Positions 12,218 to 26,168 of a DNA stretch of 64,000 bases are shown in pieces. The DNA lies in contig CATNEN010000034.1 in the NCBI GenBank assembly GCA_950097015.1, forward strand, positions 7,757,654 through 7,821,653, written 5' to 3'. Below the pieces are notes generated by a model, which worked only from the letters and a program-made list of their open reading frames with translations, was not told where the DNA came from and made no database searches. Origin of the DNA: Macrostomum hystrix. Taxonomy: Eukaryota; Animalia; Platyhelminthes. Position 1 is the stretch's first letter. Every line of letters begins with the position of its first letter. Made by a program: the position numbers and the translations under genes.

Positions 12218-12495
12218 CATACATGTGCAACACCCGGCTGACCCGGCTGGACCGGCCGGGTGAAATGAGGGCCAAGCAAGGTAAGTCACAAAAACCAATC
12301 AACCAAGTGCAAAAAAATCTAAGGGGGCGTGAAGAAGAGGAAAAGGGGGAGAGAAAATAGAGAAAATAAGAGCAAACTAAGTTGTAAATAGAGCAATGAA
12401 ATGAACTAAGTTGCAACTGAGAGCAAACTAAGTTGTAAATAGAGCAAAAACTAAGTCACATGGCCGGCTAAGATTTAGGAGGTTGCACATGTATG
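12218..12495 (+). mobile_element. MITE-like element copy 1 (278 bp, terminal inverted repeats)
   Basis: Begins CATACATGTGCAAC and ends GTTGCACATGTATG; the internal sequence is homologous to the reverse complement of 54278-54558; no ORF. Confidence 0.75.
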
Positions 12496-15024
12496 TTTAC
12501 GGATGACCAAAACCTTTTTTACTTACAGAAAAATTTTAAGCCATAAATAAAAAATAAGGACCTTTAGTGGGTTCAATGGGTTGCTACCTAATCCAAGGCA
12601 CCTAAGTTTGGTACAATCAGCTTTAAAGCAATTGATCTGATTGTGAATGCTTTTAATCTATCATGCATTTGCCCTTTTCAAATCATTAATAATATCTATA
12701 AAAAGATTTTTGCAGCTATACAGGATAGTGAAAATTTAATAGCTCTAATTTGCAGCCTAGCTTCCTAACAGTCAAGCTTTCTAGATTATGTAACAGTATC
12801 ACTAAGCTATTTCTAGCATTTTTAATTGTCTTTAATATTTGGTAGCAAGTGTTCTCTTTGCTTTTTATTAGGTCCTATTGTTATAAGCATTTTGCATAAA
12901 AAACTATGATTAAAAACCTAGCTTTGTTATCACAAAAAATTGGTACAAATATGATTTCCAAAATACAGACTTTTAGGCTCATTGTACTACTTTTGCTAGT
13001 TTAATGAGGGACATATTAGTAAAAAAGTCTAGAGGCACTAACAAAAAATTCTAAAAACACAAACTTGCATAATATATTGATATGCACAGTAATAGCCACT
13101 ATTGACCTACTAATTATGGCTAACTGTTTTGTTTTATTTAAAATCATTGCTTATTTGCCTTAGATCACTTTATAGCAATATGCAAGTAGATGTCATAGGT
13201 AAGTGCCATCTGTAAATTTGTAGCCACTAAACAGATTTAAGCTGCTTGCCAACGGCTCCGGCCAAAATCCTCATATTCTAAATTGTCATATGCGGGTTGT
13301 AAAAAAAACAACATTATCTAAATTGTCATATTGTCCATATTGGACAATGTGACTTTTATGAAGTTGCCATATCGTTATCTTATTGGCTCTGCAAACAGCT
13401 TTGTTGAAAGCATAAGTGAAGCGAAGCATACATTTTTGGCCTTGTCTCACTTGGCTCTACAAAAAAATTTCATTTGAGCCCCTCAAAGAACATTGCACAT
13501 TACATAACATGTGCACTGAATTTCGTTCAGCATGTACTATGTACATGTAACTCAAACGTGCCCTTCTATTGCATCATTATGATTTGCATTATTTGCATAG
13601 GCCTATTGCATTTGTCTGTTCATTGTGCCTACCTAATGCTTTTGTCAATGCTTTTTATCTGCATTTACTTTTATTTTAACTGCCTTTAAATCAACTGTTT
13701 GAATTATGCATCATCAAATATTCAAATCGCATTGCATTCATTTAAAATGAGCAATGAACAAATAGGCAAGATAGTCATATTAAATTGAATATTGCGACAC
13801 TTTTGTGCAAATCATCATCATCATATGACGTTTTAGAATATGACGATTTGATCTGTACCCCTTGCCAACTATACAGGTTGTGGTTCTTGGATGGCAGTCT
13901 GACTTTGTGCAGACTACACAGGACTGTGATGTATTTTTTCTAGAGCAATGATGGACAACTGACAAATTGGTATCTCAAACTGCTATCTCACCTATCTGCA
14001 GATGATTAAAAAAATTGTAGCCTATGCTTATAGAATATAGGATGGTCTGAATTATCTAGCTAGTTTAGTTGACAAAGGGACTATTTAAATAGGAATACTT
14101 AATTACTACTTAATAGAAATACAAGTTTATTTATATGTCCTCAAAATCCGAAGTGACAAAGGGGCATTTGATAAAGTGACTGGAATCCTAGCTAAATGTT
14201 ACATATATCAGCACTTATTAGCCTATATATATTATTTAGCTATAATGTAATTATAAATATAATTTCGCTTTATTTTTATAACAAAGCTAAATTAGCTAAA
14301 TCTGCTGCCTTCCATCAGGAAAAAGAATGCAGGGCCTATGCTATTCTAACTAAAACTAGGCCTAGCTAACAGTAACTTAACTAACAAAAAACGCAGCACT
14401 GATCTAGTGCTCGGCCTACCAGTAGAACTAAAGGATGACAACGTCGACATGCGACGTGCACCCGTCTGTTCCATACCGAAAATCCGGAAAATTAAATTAG
14501 AAATTGAGGGCCTCAGTAAAATAAGAATTCATGTAATTGGTGAAAATTTTATTGCTGTTTTCATAGAAAACCTGGGCCACAGGCTGTGCCAAAAATTAAT
14601 CAGGGTTTTGCCAAATGGAAGTCAGGGACTTTGGTCTGATTTTCGGACGTGTACTGCTTACGACGTGATTCACTCCTATAAGTATAAAAGTAATATGGAT
14701 GCTAGAGCAAATAAATTGGTAAACTACTAGTTTGTTTGCATGTTTAATGTAGCCGGCAGGCGGCAGTTATTCTATGCGCGTTCGCGGCATACGTGCATAT
14801 GTCAAGTTCGGTCCCTATGTCCTGCATGCGTTGTACGTGGAGAAGCAGCTTTTTGAAAAAAAATTGCAGCCGGACGATACGGCAAGGACTGTACACCATG
14901 TACTGCATGTTGCATACAGCTACGGTGGTCCTTGCGGCACGTACATTCACTCTACTATTAAGAATTGCAGAGCAGTAACTGCAGCACGCCATGCTAGCTA
15001 AATATGCTGGATATAAGCATATTA

Positions 15025-15236
15025 CCGCGCCATGTTGCCTTAACCAGCTGCATCGCTATAGTGGCCGAACGCCTCGTGCACCAACGCCTCGCACACGACC
15101 TTGAGCGAAGAGGCATTCTTAGCCACGTGCAGGCCGGATTCAAACGAGGCCGCTCCTGTGAAGAGCGGATAGCCTCTTCATCTTCGACGGACTGGAGAAA
15201 CTACCGGCCTTGCCTATCCTAGACCTTAGTCTGTGA
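15025..15236 (+). mobile_element. Degraded non-LTR retrotransposon (LINE) reverse transcriptase fragment
   Basis: RHVALTSCIAIVAERLVHQRLAHDLERRGILSHVQAGFKRGRSCEERI resembles the RT N-terminal RPISLTS...ER...RL...QxGFRxGRS motif; after a frameshift, IFDGLEK...LPILDLS resembles the motif preceding xLDLSKAFD. Confidence 0.7.
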
Positions 15237-15355
15237 TGGCGCAAGGCGCTTATCTGCAAACTTAAGCGCCGCGTGGATAGCGGGCGCCACTCCGAGCACC
15301 TTGCTAATTTTGTTAAACGTCATTTGCCTCCCGAGATACCAACAGTTTATCGTCA

Positions 15356-15660
15356 ATGGACTCGAATGGAACGAGGTGATGGACTCGAATGGAACGAGGT
15401 GATGGACTCGAATGGAACGAGGTGATGGACTCGAATGGAACGAGGTGATGGACTCGAATGGAACGAGGTGATGGACTCGAATGGAACGAGGTGATGGACT
15501 CGAATGGAACGAGGTGATGGACTCGAATGGAACGAGGTGATGGACTCGAATGGAACGAGGTGATGGACTCGAATGGAACGAGGTGATGGACTCGAATGGA
15601 ACGAGGTGATGGACTCGAATGGAACGAGGTGATGGACTCGAATGGAACGAGGTGATGGAA
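15356..15660. repeat. 23-bp perfect minisatellite, about 13 copies
   Basis: Unit gatggactcgaatggaacgaggt. Confidence 0.95.
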
Positions 15661-16069
15661 CGCAGCATGGGGCGACTGCCCCCTCCAGATCGACCTGGCG
15701 GGAACGGAGGCGCCCTGAAGAGAAATAAAGAAAGAAAGACGCTGTGCAAACGAACATGACCATGTCTCACCTTTGCACTATATACTACTACTTAGTAAGT
15801 TAGAATTACATGTAATTTTTCACCTACCTATTTTTAGGAGAATAAGCTTCCTCAATAAAAAATTTCTTGCTTGGTGTTATGTGCCTATCGTGATCTATAA
15901 AAATTATAAAGGCTTCTTAAACTGTCAAATTTTCCACTTAAATTTGAGTCCGCCTATAAAGTTCTAGAATAATATTTTGTTTTAACTCCAGTTCAGGCCT
16001 TTTCTAAGAGTTTAACCAATAGTGCAGCTTCTATGGTAGATGCTATACTGAATGTTTTTCTTTACCAGA

Positions 16070-16378
16070 GGTTGTAGCCTTGTTGTAAGAGCGTTGGACT
16101 CACGACTTCAAGGTCGGGAGTTCGATTCCCGACTCCGATTCCCGAATTTGTGTACTTTAGCAAGATACTTAACTGTGCATTGCTTCAGTTCACCCAGCTT
16201 TTAAATGGGTACCAGCATCAGCTGGGCTAATTGAGGGTGGGTGTGGCGTCCCCCCAGTCCATGGACTGAACAGCCGACTGTGCTTTCGGCTCCCTGCCGG
16301 AGGCTCCCTGCCGCTAAGTCAAAGTGCTTTCGGCTGCACATCTAGACCCAGTTGAGGCAGGTGTAATGAAACAATTAA
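16070..16378 (+). mobile_element. tRNA-derived CORE-like SINE copy 1
   Basis: tRNA-like head with B-box GGGAGTTCGATTCCC, then tactttagcaagatacttaactgtgcattgcttcagttcacccagcttttaaatgggtacc (CORE-like) and ccagtccatggactgaacagc; candidate 15-bp TSD at 16055-16069 and 16380-16394 (13/15 identical). Confidence 0.8.
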
Positions 16379-17232
16379 TTTTTTTTCTACCAGAAAGTGG
16401 CTGATAAATTATACATTGTACAGCATTACGCGCTGATGAGGGTCGAACTCCAATTGATCATTAAGTACCGCTCCAATTGTCAAAGTAAATGTACTGTTAT
16501 ATATGATTAATTTGTAAATCTGAGTCACACACTCCAGACAACACGGGGTATTGACTGAGCACACTTACTTTTCTGCATTATTAACTCTTGTGTTAATTTT
16601 TAGCTGCGAAATCAAACTGGATAGATTAGACTTTTATTCTGCAGCTTTATAAAATGTCGGGTTTGCTGATAAGCTCTATAAGGCGTGATGATCGCACGGC
16701 CGAGAGGACCCAATGACCCAGAATTCAGTCTTTGTTTCTATCAGTAAACATTACTCACATGGACCAAATATAGAAATGCGAGCACGAAGTGCTCAAAAAG
16801 GCATCTCCGCAAGTTCCCAAATCAGGATTCGGATGAGAAGAAGCGGATAATGCATCATTACCAATATATTCGGTATGGGAAGTAAACCTAGATAATGTGA
16901 TTTTCCTAACTTATTCCTGATCTTATTAACAGGCTAATCTGTTACATCAATAAGGCCATGTATTAGTGCTGTATACCCCTATTCAGAGTTCAATAAGATT
17001 ATCTATGCCTAACAGAGAGCTCGATAGACGACAGAAAACGGATTGATAGAGGTGGGGTTAAGACTTGGGGGAGATAAGGCACGGGAAGATTAGACAGGGG
17101 GAAGATGAGACTTGGGGGAGATGAGACACAGGTGAGATGCGACACGTTAGATAAGACACGGGAGCGATGAGACAGGTGTGAGATAAGAAAAAGAGGGAAT
17201 ACGAAAATAATAGAACATAAAAGGGAAAAAAG

Positions 17233-17495
17233 GAGAGATGAGACACGGGAGAGAGGAGATACGGGAGAGATGAGACACGGGAGAGATGAGATACGGGAGA
17301 GATGAGACACGGGAGAGATGAGACACGGGAGAGATGAGACAGGGAGAGATGAGACACGGGAGAGATGAAACACGGGAGAGAGGAGACACGGGAGAGATGA
17401 GACAGGGGAGAGATGAGACACGGGAGAGATGAGACACAGGAGAGATGAGACACGGGAGAGATGAGACACGGGAGAGATGAGACAAAGGAGAGAAG
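17233..17495. repeat. 16-bp minisatellite, about 16 copies
   Basis: Unit gggagagatgagacac. Confidence 0.9.
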
Positions 17496-18380
17496 GAGAG
17501 GAGAGCGAGGCGAGCATTCTGAGCACAGAATGTCACTCCTAGTTGGAGTACTCTAAAATTCGTTAGCAAAAAAAGAAGTGAACTAACAATGGTGATGCAA
17601 CTTGACAAATTTCATAGATTGCAGGGTTTGAGTCGATAGATGAGATGCCGATCGTGAGTCCCGGAGTCCGATTGGAACCCTGTGGTCGCATGTCCCTCAA
17701 TTTCCTATAACCCTTTCGCAGGGCCTGCTAATCCAATTGGCAATGAAGCTCACACGGAGTCAGTCGGTGACCTCCGTCCCTCTCTGCCCCAGAAGTTGCT
17801 CCAGCGACTGCAGTTTGCCTTGCGGAGTAAAATATATCCAGAGTTGCGTAACTCTGCGAAAAAATATGATGCATCAAAATCCGTCGCTTGGGATTTAGGT
17901 GGGAGGGCCAGCACAGCAGCTCTTGCTGATGATGAAATGCCACGCCAAGCACACTTAAGCACACGCCAAGCCGTTGTTGTTCAGCGCCCGCCAAGTATCC
18001 AAATGCATATTTTCTCTCCTTGCACGCATGCAGCCATTGATGAAGACAAAGCTGAGAGCTAATCGACTCACGGCTCGATGCGCCCACCAGATCGCCGCCG
18101 CCCAGCACTCCAGTCCAAGGAGATGCAGCATTCAGGGGTCGACTCAATCTGCGTCTGCATACGGGAGCTGGCTGACTCATTCACCAGACATTTTATTAGA
18201 TAAATGACCTGGCGTTTAGATTGCGTCATTTGTTGCACGAATAAGCACTTAGATTGACTGTGGCATCTATCTAAATAAATAAGCTCGTTGTATTGTGTCA
18301 TGCGCATCCCCACTGAGTGGTCAGGGAGTTCGAATCCCAGCCTAGGGCTAATTTGTTTTGCTCTTGACCACTTGTATAAA

Positions 18381-18668
18381 ATAATAGTTATAACAGATTG
18401 CACCTGACTCTACAGCACAGCCGCAGCTATTGCGTGGCGCATCTGAAGGCTGCGTACAGCTGTTCAGTCCATGGACTGGGGGGACGCCACACCCACCCTC
18501 AATTAGCCCAGCTAATGCTGGTACCCATTTAACAGCTGGGTGAACTGAAGCAATGCACAGTTAAGTATCTTGCTAAAGTACACAAATCGTTCCGGAGTGG
18601 AGAACGGAATCGAACCCCCGACCTTGAAGTCGTGAATCCGACGCTCTAACCACTAGACAACAATGCTA
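18381..18668 (-). mobile_element. tRNA-derived CORE-like SINE copy 2
   Basis: Reverse complement begins gcattgttgtctagtggttagagcgtcggattcacgacttcaaggtcgggggttcgattcc; the body is nearly identical to copy 1 over about 125 nt. Confidence 0.8.
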
Positions 18669-20985
18669 GCGCCGAATCATACAGTTGTACGCAATATTTA
18701 GAAGCGCCACATTATTGCCGCGGCTATACTTTGACTGGCATTTTCGGCCTCAGAAACGACACTTTCGGAGCTCAGCACCGATCTAACCATGCTGGAGCGG
18801 GCTTCACGCAAGTGCTCGCGTGTGAGTGTTGGGCTTGGTGCCAACAGCGTAGCCGTTTGAGACGACACCGACACCAGAGCGCAGAGGCAGCTGTTTGCTG
18901 AATAAAACTCTGCGGGCTAGACTTTCAATAAACACACAGGCATGCATTTACAGTTCGCAATGAAAGCGAAGCGGGAACCAAAGCAGCTCACAATTGTTAG
19001 CCGTGCAGTGAAAGCTCGTAGGAAATTCCACGCACCGACGCCACTGCACTCCGGGCACTGCATGCATGCGTGCGAGGTAATAAAAGAATAGCTCTTTTGC
19101 AGCAATGAGGGATAATGCTAGGTCAGATTAACCACTTAACAGCATAGCTTTCTCCTAATTTAGCTGACGGCAATCGACTTCTTGTACTTGAAGTGTTCAG
19201 CTTGGTAAACACGTTTCTTCACTTAGCGACAGCGTGACCTTGTCAGCAAGAAATCTAGAATCTGGATGATTAAGAGCATGGTCTCATTATAGCGGCGAAG
19301 CTAACAATGAAATGGTTTGAAAGTTTCTGCGCAAGAATTCATAGATTAGGTGCAGCGTCCGCAGCTCTTGAATTACCCAAGGTGTCAGGTGTCAGAGTGT
19401 CAGGTGTCGAAATGGTCCAAGCCGTTGCTTCCCACAGGTTCGGCAGTTCTGATCCCTAACTAGCAACTTAATATTGATTCTTCAGGTAAGTTTGGGCCTA
19501 AAAAATTAAAGTACAGTTGAGCACTCAACACCGGGATTTTGTTATTAAGGAAATGAGGAACTGAAATCACAGATGTAATCTGTTTCAAATGTTGAATTCC
19601 TTTCATTAAGGCCGATCCCAACTACAGTGAGAAAGGTGAAAATGAGACAGAAATGCGGATGGATGCAGTGTTGTGATGGGCGTGTCTCTTCCCCTTCCCC
19701 TTTTCAAATCTTGCCCCTTGCCGGGCCTCTCATCCGCGTGTAGTTGCTATGCCCGTTGCCATGCTCCATTGAGCTAATTTCAACCCTAGGCGAATCCTTC
19801 TATCTGCAGCGTTGCAAAGCTGTTAATCCCTTTCAATAGATTTCCATATGACTGAAGCACCAACTGCTTCACCCAACGGGTTTCTTGACTTCAGGGTGGC
19901 ACGCCCATCTGAGATGTCACAAAGGTTTTGTGGCACCACGCCTTGGTCTATGAAAGGTGGACCAGAAGTGCACCCACTAAAGTCACTCAACGGAACATTC
20001 ACGGCTGTATTGTGCGCAACGCCGGATGATAATCGTCAGTTGCAGTAATTTGCCGACATTCATCGGTCACTAGCCGCGGACTACGCCGTGGTGACACACT
20101 TCAGAACCCACCGAGGGCCTCCACAGAGAAGATATCATACTTCGTTGGACTTTCACTGCATTATAATTTCATACACTGACGGAAACAAGGATTAAAGCTT
20201 GAACTTGCCATGCTGCACATACAAAACACTATGGGCCCATTCTTTGGTTTGGCTTATTCTCCTGACTCCTGAGATGTTGCGCACGTTCATCTTAACTATG
20301 CTTTATATTAAGGTGAAGCTATGCTTCACAGCGCTAGACTGTCATGCAGATATTGACGCGGTGGCGCAAGAAGCGGACTTATGACCCCTTCGCGCACCTT
20401 CCGATCGCTCACAGCTCAAAGGGACCGGGCGGCGCACCCACCTCACCTCCGCCAATCACTATAATTTTAACTGCCAGTAAACTCACAAAACAAGTTCAAC
20501 TGAGTTTCGTGTTCAACTGTCTGATCGCCTCTGATCGCTCACCCACGCAGGCTTCAGCGAGACAGTTTTTTCAGCTCGGAAAGTTTCAGCCACGAGCTGA
20601 AAGTCAAGGAAGGAAATTCTTCTGTGCACTTCAGAGCAACCGCAGACAAATGCGAGGTACGGTTCGAGTTTTGCTTTTCTTTCTAAAAAACTTTTTTCCT
20701 TGTTTTTAAGCCCTTTGTCACAAAGAAAATTAGCATCTGGGGCGATGAGTAATAAATGGCAAAATCTGGTAATTCCTGTTTGCATTGTCGAACTGCGCAA
20801 TTGTCCCTTCGCTGCAGCATTTGAGCCGAATCTGCAGGACCGGCTAGCGTGTTTCGACTTCTTCGGATCCACTTTGCCTCAGTCTAGAATCCCCGTCTGT
20901 CAGCACAGGGCAACCTACTTTAGTCCGTAAAGAATTTCATATTGAACAATGCTCTCTTGAGACTCTGAGGCTGAAAACTGCAACC

Positions 20986-21476
20986 TGTAGGCACTGCTAC
21001 CTGAAGGCACTGCTACCTGAAGGCACTGCTACCTGTAAGGCACTGCTACCTGAAGGCACTGCTACCTGAAGGCACTGCTACCTGAAGGCACTGCTACCTG
21101 AAGGCACTGCTACCTGAAGGCACTGCTACCTGAAGGCACTGCTACCTGAAGGCACTGCTACCTGAAGGCACTGCTACCTGAAGGCACTGCTACCTGTAGG
21201 CACTGCTACCTGAAGGCACTGCTACCTGAAGGCACTGCTACCTGAAGGCACTGCTACCTGAAGGCACTGCTACCTGAAGGCACTGCTACCTGAAGGCACT
21301 GCTACCTGAAGGCACTGCTACCTGAAGGCACTGCTACCTGAAGGCACTGCTACCTGAAGGCACTGCTACCTGAAGGCACTGCTACCTGAAGGCACTGCTA
21401 CCTGAAGGCACTGCTACCTGAAAGCACTGCTACCTGAAGGCACTGCTACCTGAAGGAACTGCTACCTGAAGGCACT
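20986..21476. repeat. 16-bp near-perfect minisatellite, about 30 copies
   Basis: Unit ctgaaggcactgctac. Confidence 0.95.
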
Positions 21477-24400
21477 TGAGGAGAACCTAAGGACTGCTCT
21501 TACCATGTGTTTTTGTCTCTCCAATTTCTGAGACTGCAGTTCTGTATTGTGAATCCGTTGATGCGCTTTGCACTTTAATCATTTTGATTTCTTCATCAGC
21601 AACTCCCTGTGGTGAGGCGGCAGTTGAGCAGTGACATTTCACAGTCCGTCTCCATGCTCAGCCTCGAGTCAAATGGCAAGTTGCTCCGACTGCAGTTGTA
21701 GAATGAGAAAGCAATGTTCAAAATCAAACACTTACTGGGTGGGCAGGGGACACATATTGATGAAGATGGATCTAAAGTCTCTGCTCATACTCAGTCAGTT
21801 CTGCTGGTGTGGTGAGTGCAGCCACAGCCTCAAGCTCAGTTGGTGGGGAATGCGAGGCGAGAGTCAATCTCATCAAATTACTGGCCAAACACTTCAGAGT
21901 TTCCTGATTCGACACCACTCATCATCTCTGTCTCGCACTCACATGGCCTCTATAAGTCTCTCAGGTTGCCCTACAGTCGAAGAAGTGGACTGAGACCATC
22001 ATCTGCTGCCTCCTCCTCCACCCACAGTTGGTGAGAGTGAGTGGATTGGGATATAATGGGGCCCGAGCAACCTAAGCAGCGGCCCTGTACCGAGTGTTGT
22101 CTGTGCTAGAATGAATCGATCCAATATAAAGCAAAGTGCACAGCAACCATCATCTAATGTAGAGAGCGCCTGCTGGAATGCACTTAGGGCCGATTGGTAC
22201 ATTGTCAGATGGAGGCAAGGGCCAAGGGACCAAATGGAATGAGATGCAGGAACAGTGCCTTGAAGACCTTTGATGGCATCCGCTGACATGCGTCGAGTCA
22301 GGTGAGCGGCAACAGGTAAAGGAATTAATGATTCGGCCGGTGTAAAGTTCGTGTTTGTCTGAAAGCAAAATGGTAACTTGGAATTCTAAGTCACTGTGAT
22401 AAAAGTACATTTTCCACGACACTGTGCTGGCGACACAATGAACCGACGCAATGTTGAATCACCTGCAGGAAAGAGACACAGCTTCGCTCTTGGCGATAGA
22501 AACCTACTTTTTAAGGAACAGAGTACGAGTGGCTTGTTGCTTCGATGCAGTTTTCATCATTCAAAACCATTTAAGTAATAATTTAAAACCGGAATAAGTC
22601 AATGCGCGCTTCACTGGTTTGAGTATTAATGTTCCAAGTGAGTTCTGAGGCTATTGTCCTCCGCGTTTCAGCGTTTCGGGCGTGGCGTATAACTTTTTCC
22701 AGCTGCATTGCCCGGATGTCATGCTCCAGCACCTGGCATTCACCTGTCAAAATTCTGGCACCTCATACAGTCAGTCATCTGACACTTTCCCATAGCGAGG
22801 CCACCATAACCCTATTGAGTTCTACTCCCAGATCCCAGAGACTCAGCTGGTAACTTTTTTAGTGAGAATCAAATCAATCATTTAATTTTTAAATAACAAA
22901 CTGAAAGGAGTGACAATGTCAGTTATTTCTTGACGTTTAAACATGATAAGTGTATCAGCAAAACTTGAACCTCTCTGGAGATTGAATAAGATAATTTTCG
23001 TACAACGGGCCTGGCATTTCTAATGCATCTACGCGTATCCATGAGGAACATGAGACATTTTATAATACAGTCTAATGCCAGTCCATGCTAATCCACATCT
23101 CCACTCGTAAAACAATGACGGGGCACTTTCAGCTTTGCAGCCATTCAAAGGCACATTAGTATGCGCTAGTAGGGACTAATATTGATGCATAGATCCAAGC
23201 AAAACTGTCTTAACCCCTTGGCAAACAGACTTAAGGAAAAAAACAAGCGCGGGGATAAATTGACTTTGATCAGAATCAATCTCTGTCCGGAATATGACGC
23301 GCGCCAGTTTAGCAGGAGCTGCTGCAAGATGGTGGCCAGTCTCTGTTCCTCCGTTCTCCCCCAGTCTCCCCCAGTCTGAGCATGCACTTTCCCTTGGCTG
23401 CTCAGAGCCTGGCCCCAACCAGCCCTAGGCCGGACTAATCTGTGTGCTAACCCCGCCGACTCCTAGCTAAACATGGCAGGACCACTTTGTCATTTTTCTG
23501 CCTTGCCCCGCCCGCGCCTCCTTCGACTTCGAGCTCGGTGGACGCCGCATCTCCCTGCCCCCAGCTCGCGTGGTCTCGGCTTCGCCTCCGTCTCGGCTTT
23601 TCCAGGCTATGAAAATGGGTAAAAAAGGCTGCGTGAAACACGCGTACTGACTCTGCCACTCCCCACTAGGACTTGCCCAAGTGAAAGGGACTTTATCCCG
23701 ATGCCTTCACCCCGGACCTACCCATGATCAGCCTATCCGTATGCTCAGGCTGCGGATTAGCATTTCGCAACGTTTTTCTTGCACCCAAATGTGTTTTCTC
23801 AGTGCTCTGCTCCTGGAAGCTGAAATGCTTGTTTCCAACATCTCATGATTAGAAAGTCAAGCATTCTTATCTGGTGCGCTCATTCAGGTGTTAAAAATTG
23901 ACTCAAAAGGCAGCCACCCCAGCTGCCTATAGTTGAGCAGATGTCAAGTGGGTAATGCCTCTAAAAACAACTCATGTCAGTCAAATTGTCTACCATCGCT
24001 TGCCCAGAAAGTCAACCAAGGTGCAGCTCTGGAACGCTTCAGCACTGGGGGGCAACAAAGGAAAGAAAACATCCACAGATGCGTTCTCAAATTGGAGGTT
24101 TCTGAGCAAGGGGAAACTGAAATACCGAAGCGCAAGGATAGAGTCCCTGGAATTATAGTCTTTCATTCTAGACTCTTGCTAACTCCGTCTGTCTGTTTGG
24201 GATTTGGCTTGGCCGACCAGATGAACTGCTGATCCCAAATCCTTAGCAATTGCAGCTCAAAATATCCCCTCCTACATGCGTGCCCTCGTGGGATTTGAGC
24301 AGCTTCGATTCCGGTACTCACGGTAGGCAAAACTCCCAGCAGTAAACGCGAAGTGACCCACAGGCTAGCTGAGAACAGTACTCACAGAAGTTCCGCTGCT

Positions 24401-24639
24401 TACCAGAAATTAAGCTGCAAGAAGAGTTGAGGGATCAGCTGCTTAACTAAATGCAACACTTTGTAAGACGTCCAGTTGTGTTGCCCTTTTGCGTCACTGA
24501 TGGTGCCGGCAAGGACTCGTAGCAATGACGGTCGAGTCAGAGGCTTATCAAAGAACTGGCATTTTATAGGCAGACAGACATCTCACCCATAGACATAGAC
24601 ATCATAGACAGATGTACAACCAATGGCACAGCTGGCTAT

Positions 24640-24842
24640 GTACAGCTGCTCAGTCCGTGGACTGGAGAGGCAGCCCCACCCATACCGATTTCTACCCATG
24701 CTGGAACCCATTTGACAGCTGGGTGAGCTGAAGCACTAGGGAACATAGCCTCTAGCTCAGGGACAAATTTTGTCTCCATTGGGCTGAGAATCGAACTCCC
24801 GACCTCTCGGTCAGCAGTCCAAGTCTCTGATCACTGGGCTGA
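24640..24842 (-). mobile_element. Diverged CORE-like SINE copy 3
   Basis: Reverse complement has gaggtcgggagttcgattctc, gcttcagctcacccagctgtcaaatgggttccagcat and ccagtccacggactgagcagctgtac. Confidence 0.7.
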
Positions 24843-26168
24843 GAGTCCCTGGAGTTTTACGGAGGGAAAAAGCCTATTAAAAGCGCTTGTTAGATTCGTA
24901 TCCGAAATCACTGCTCATTGGTGCTCTCTCTTACCTGAACAGGGGAGCTGCTAATCAAGAGAATTGATAAGTTACTGGAATCGGGAGTTGCCCACGCAGG
25001 GAAAAAACTCCCGCTGCGTCTCCAGTGTCGCTCGCACGCATTTCAAGGCCAGAAGCTATGAGAAAGCATTGAGATGAGCAAAGGAAATGCCTTAACAACC
25101 AACTGATTGACTGGGATCAATAGCTGTGGAAGCAGTTGTTACCGTGCGGCTCCGCATTTGGTGGCGGCGGATGCGATGCCTAAATGTGGCATTTAATTTT
25201 TCGGCATTGTAGTTTTAGCTGCCTCGCTGCCTCCAGTGCGCGGATGTAAGCACCTCCCAGGGTGCCGACCAGCGTCACTCCTATTCTCTGATCTGCTCTG
25301 CCTCGTTCTCAAAATAGCCCCGACAGCCCGCCACCTTTTCTTGATTGCTCCTCGCGGCTGCCGCTGCGTGTGGATTTGTAAGTTTTGCCCTGCCCTCCGT
25401 CCCTGCGGCGCCTCCCTCTTCCTCCTCGCAGTGTCGTGAGCACCAACCATTCAGTCTGCTGCCATGCAAGCAGCCCCTTTATCCATTGTATATTCCCATG
25501 CATACAGCACCTGCTAATGGTAAGCAGGGCGGATACAAATTGTGCGTTTGAAGCAAGTTTGAACGACAAGGTGAGCTGCTGGGACGCAGGTGAGGTGTCA
25601 CACAAAGGATGCACTCTGCATGTCATGTGTGCTGTTGGTGTCTCTGGTCTCCTGCAGACTTTTATTTCACCCTGAAAACTTTCTTACAGTTTCTGTTTAT
25701 TCCTGCAAGCCAGCCGTGATTACGCGAACCACCTGTACTCGTAGTTCCATCACTTTTATCCCTCACCTTCTCTGAGGTAGTTAATTCTCAACTGAATTTG
25801 TGATCTGTGATCTCAGCAAAGCTTTAGCTGCGTACAATGCTAGTTCAAGATAACAATATGACTGCGAAGGTGTGCTCTAGTGAACTTGCTATGCTCAAGG
25901 CTTGGTCGCTGAGTTGGCTATTTAGAATTGCGTCACTTTTCTCTCCTTGTCTCCACTGATGAGACATTGTCACGTTGCGTCAGGCGTGCAAAGACAAGTT
26001 TTGCTCAATTCAAGGCAGTCATAATAGAATGCTTCAAATGTAAATTGTGTTGCATCTGAGGGTTCTCAAATTGAGGACTGGGTCGCTGGCTTCAGATCGC
26101 ACACGGATATTTTAAGGTCGCAGAACAAAGATTTAAGATCAATCTACTCGTAACCTGGCATTTTTCAG

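Noticed and set aside
16070-16140. Functional tRNA genes at the SINE heads (also 18600-18668, 24780-24842, 63658-63725)
   Set aside because: Acceptor and anticodon stems do not pair well, there is no poly-T terminator after the head, and each continues into a shared SINE body.
18310-18350. Isolated B-box-like GGGAGTTCGAATCCC
   Set aside because: It could be another SINE head, but I could not find an A-box, a cloverleaf or a second copy.
17682-18403. Cluster of 70-150 aa ORFs in moderately GC-rich sequence between the inverted SINEs
   Set aside because: No recognisable domain, consistent splice structure or preferred frame.
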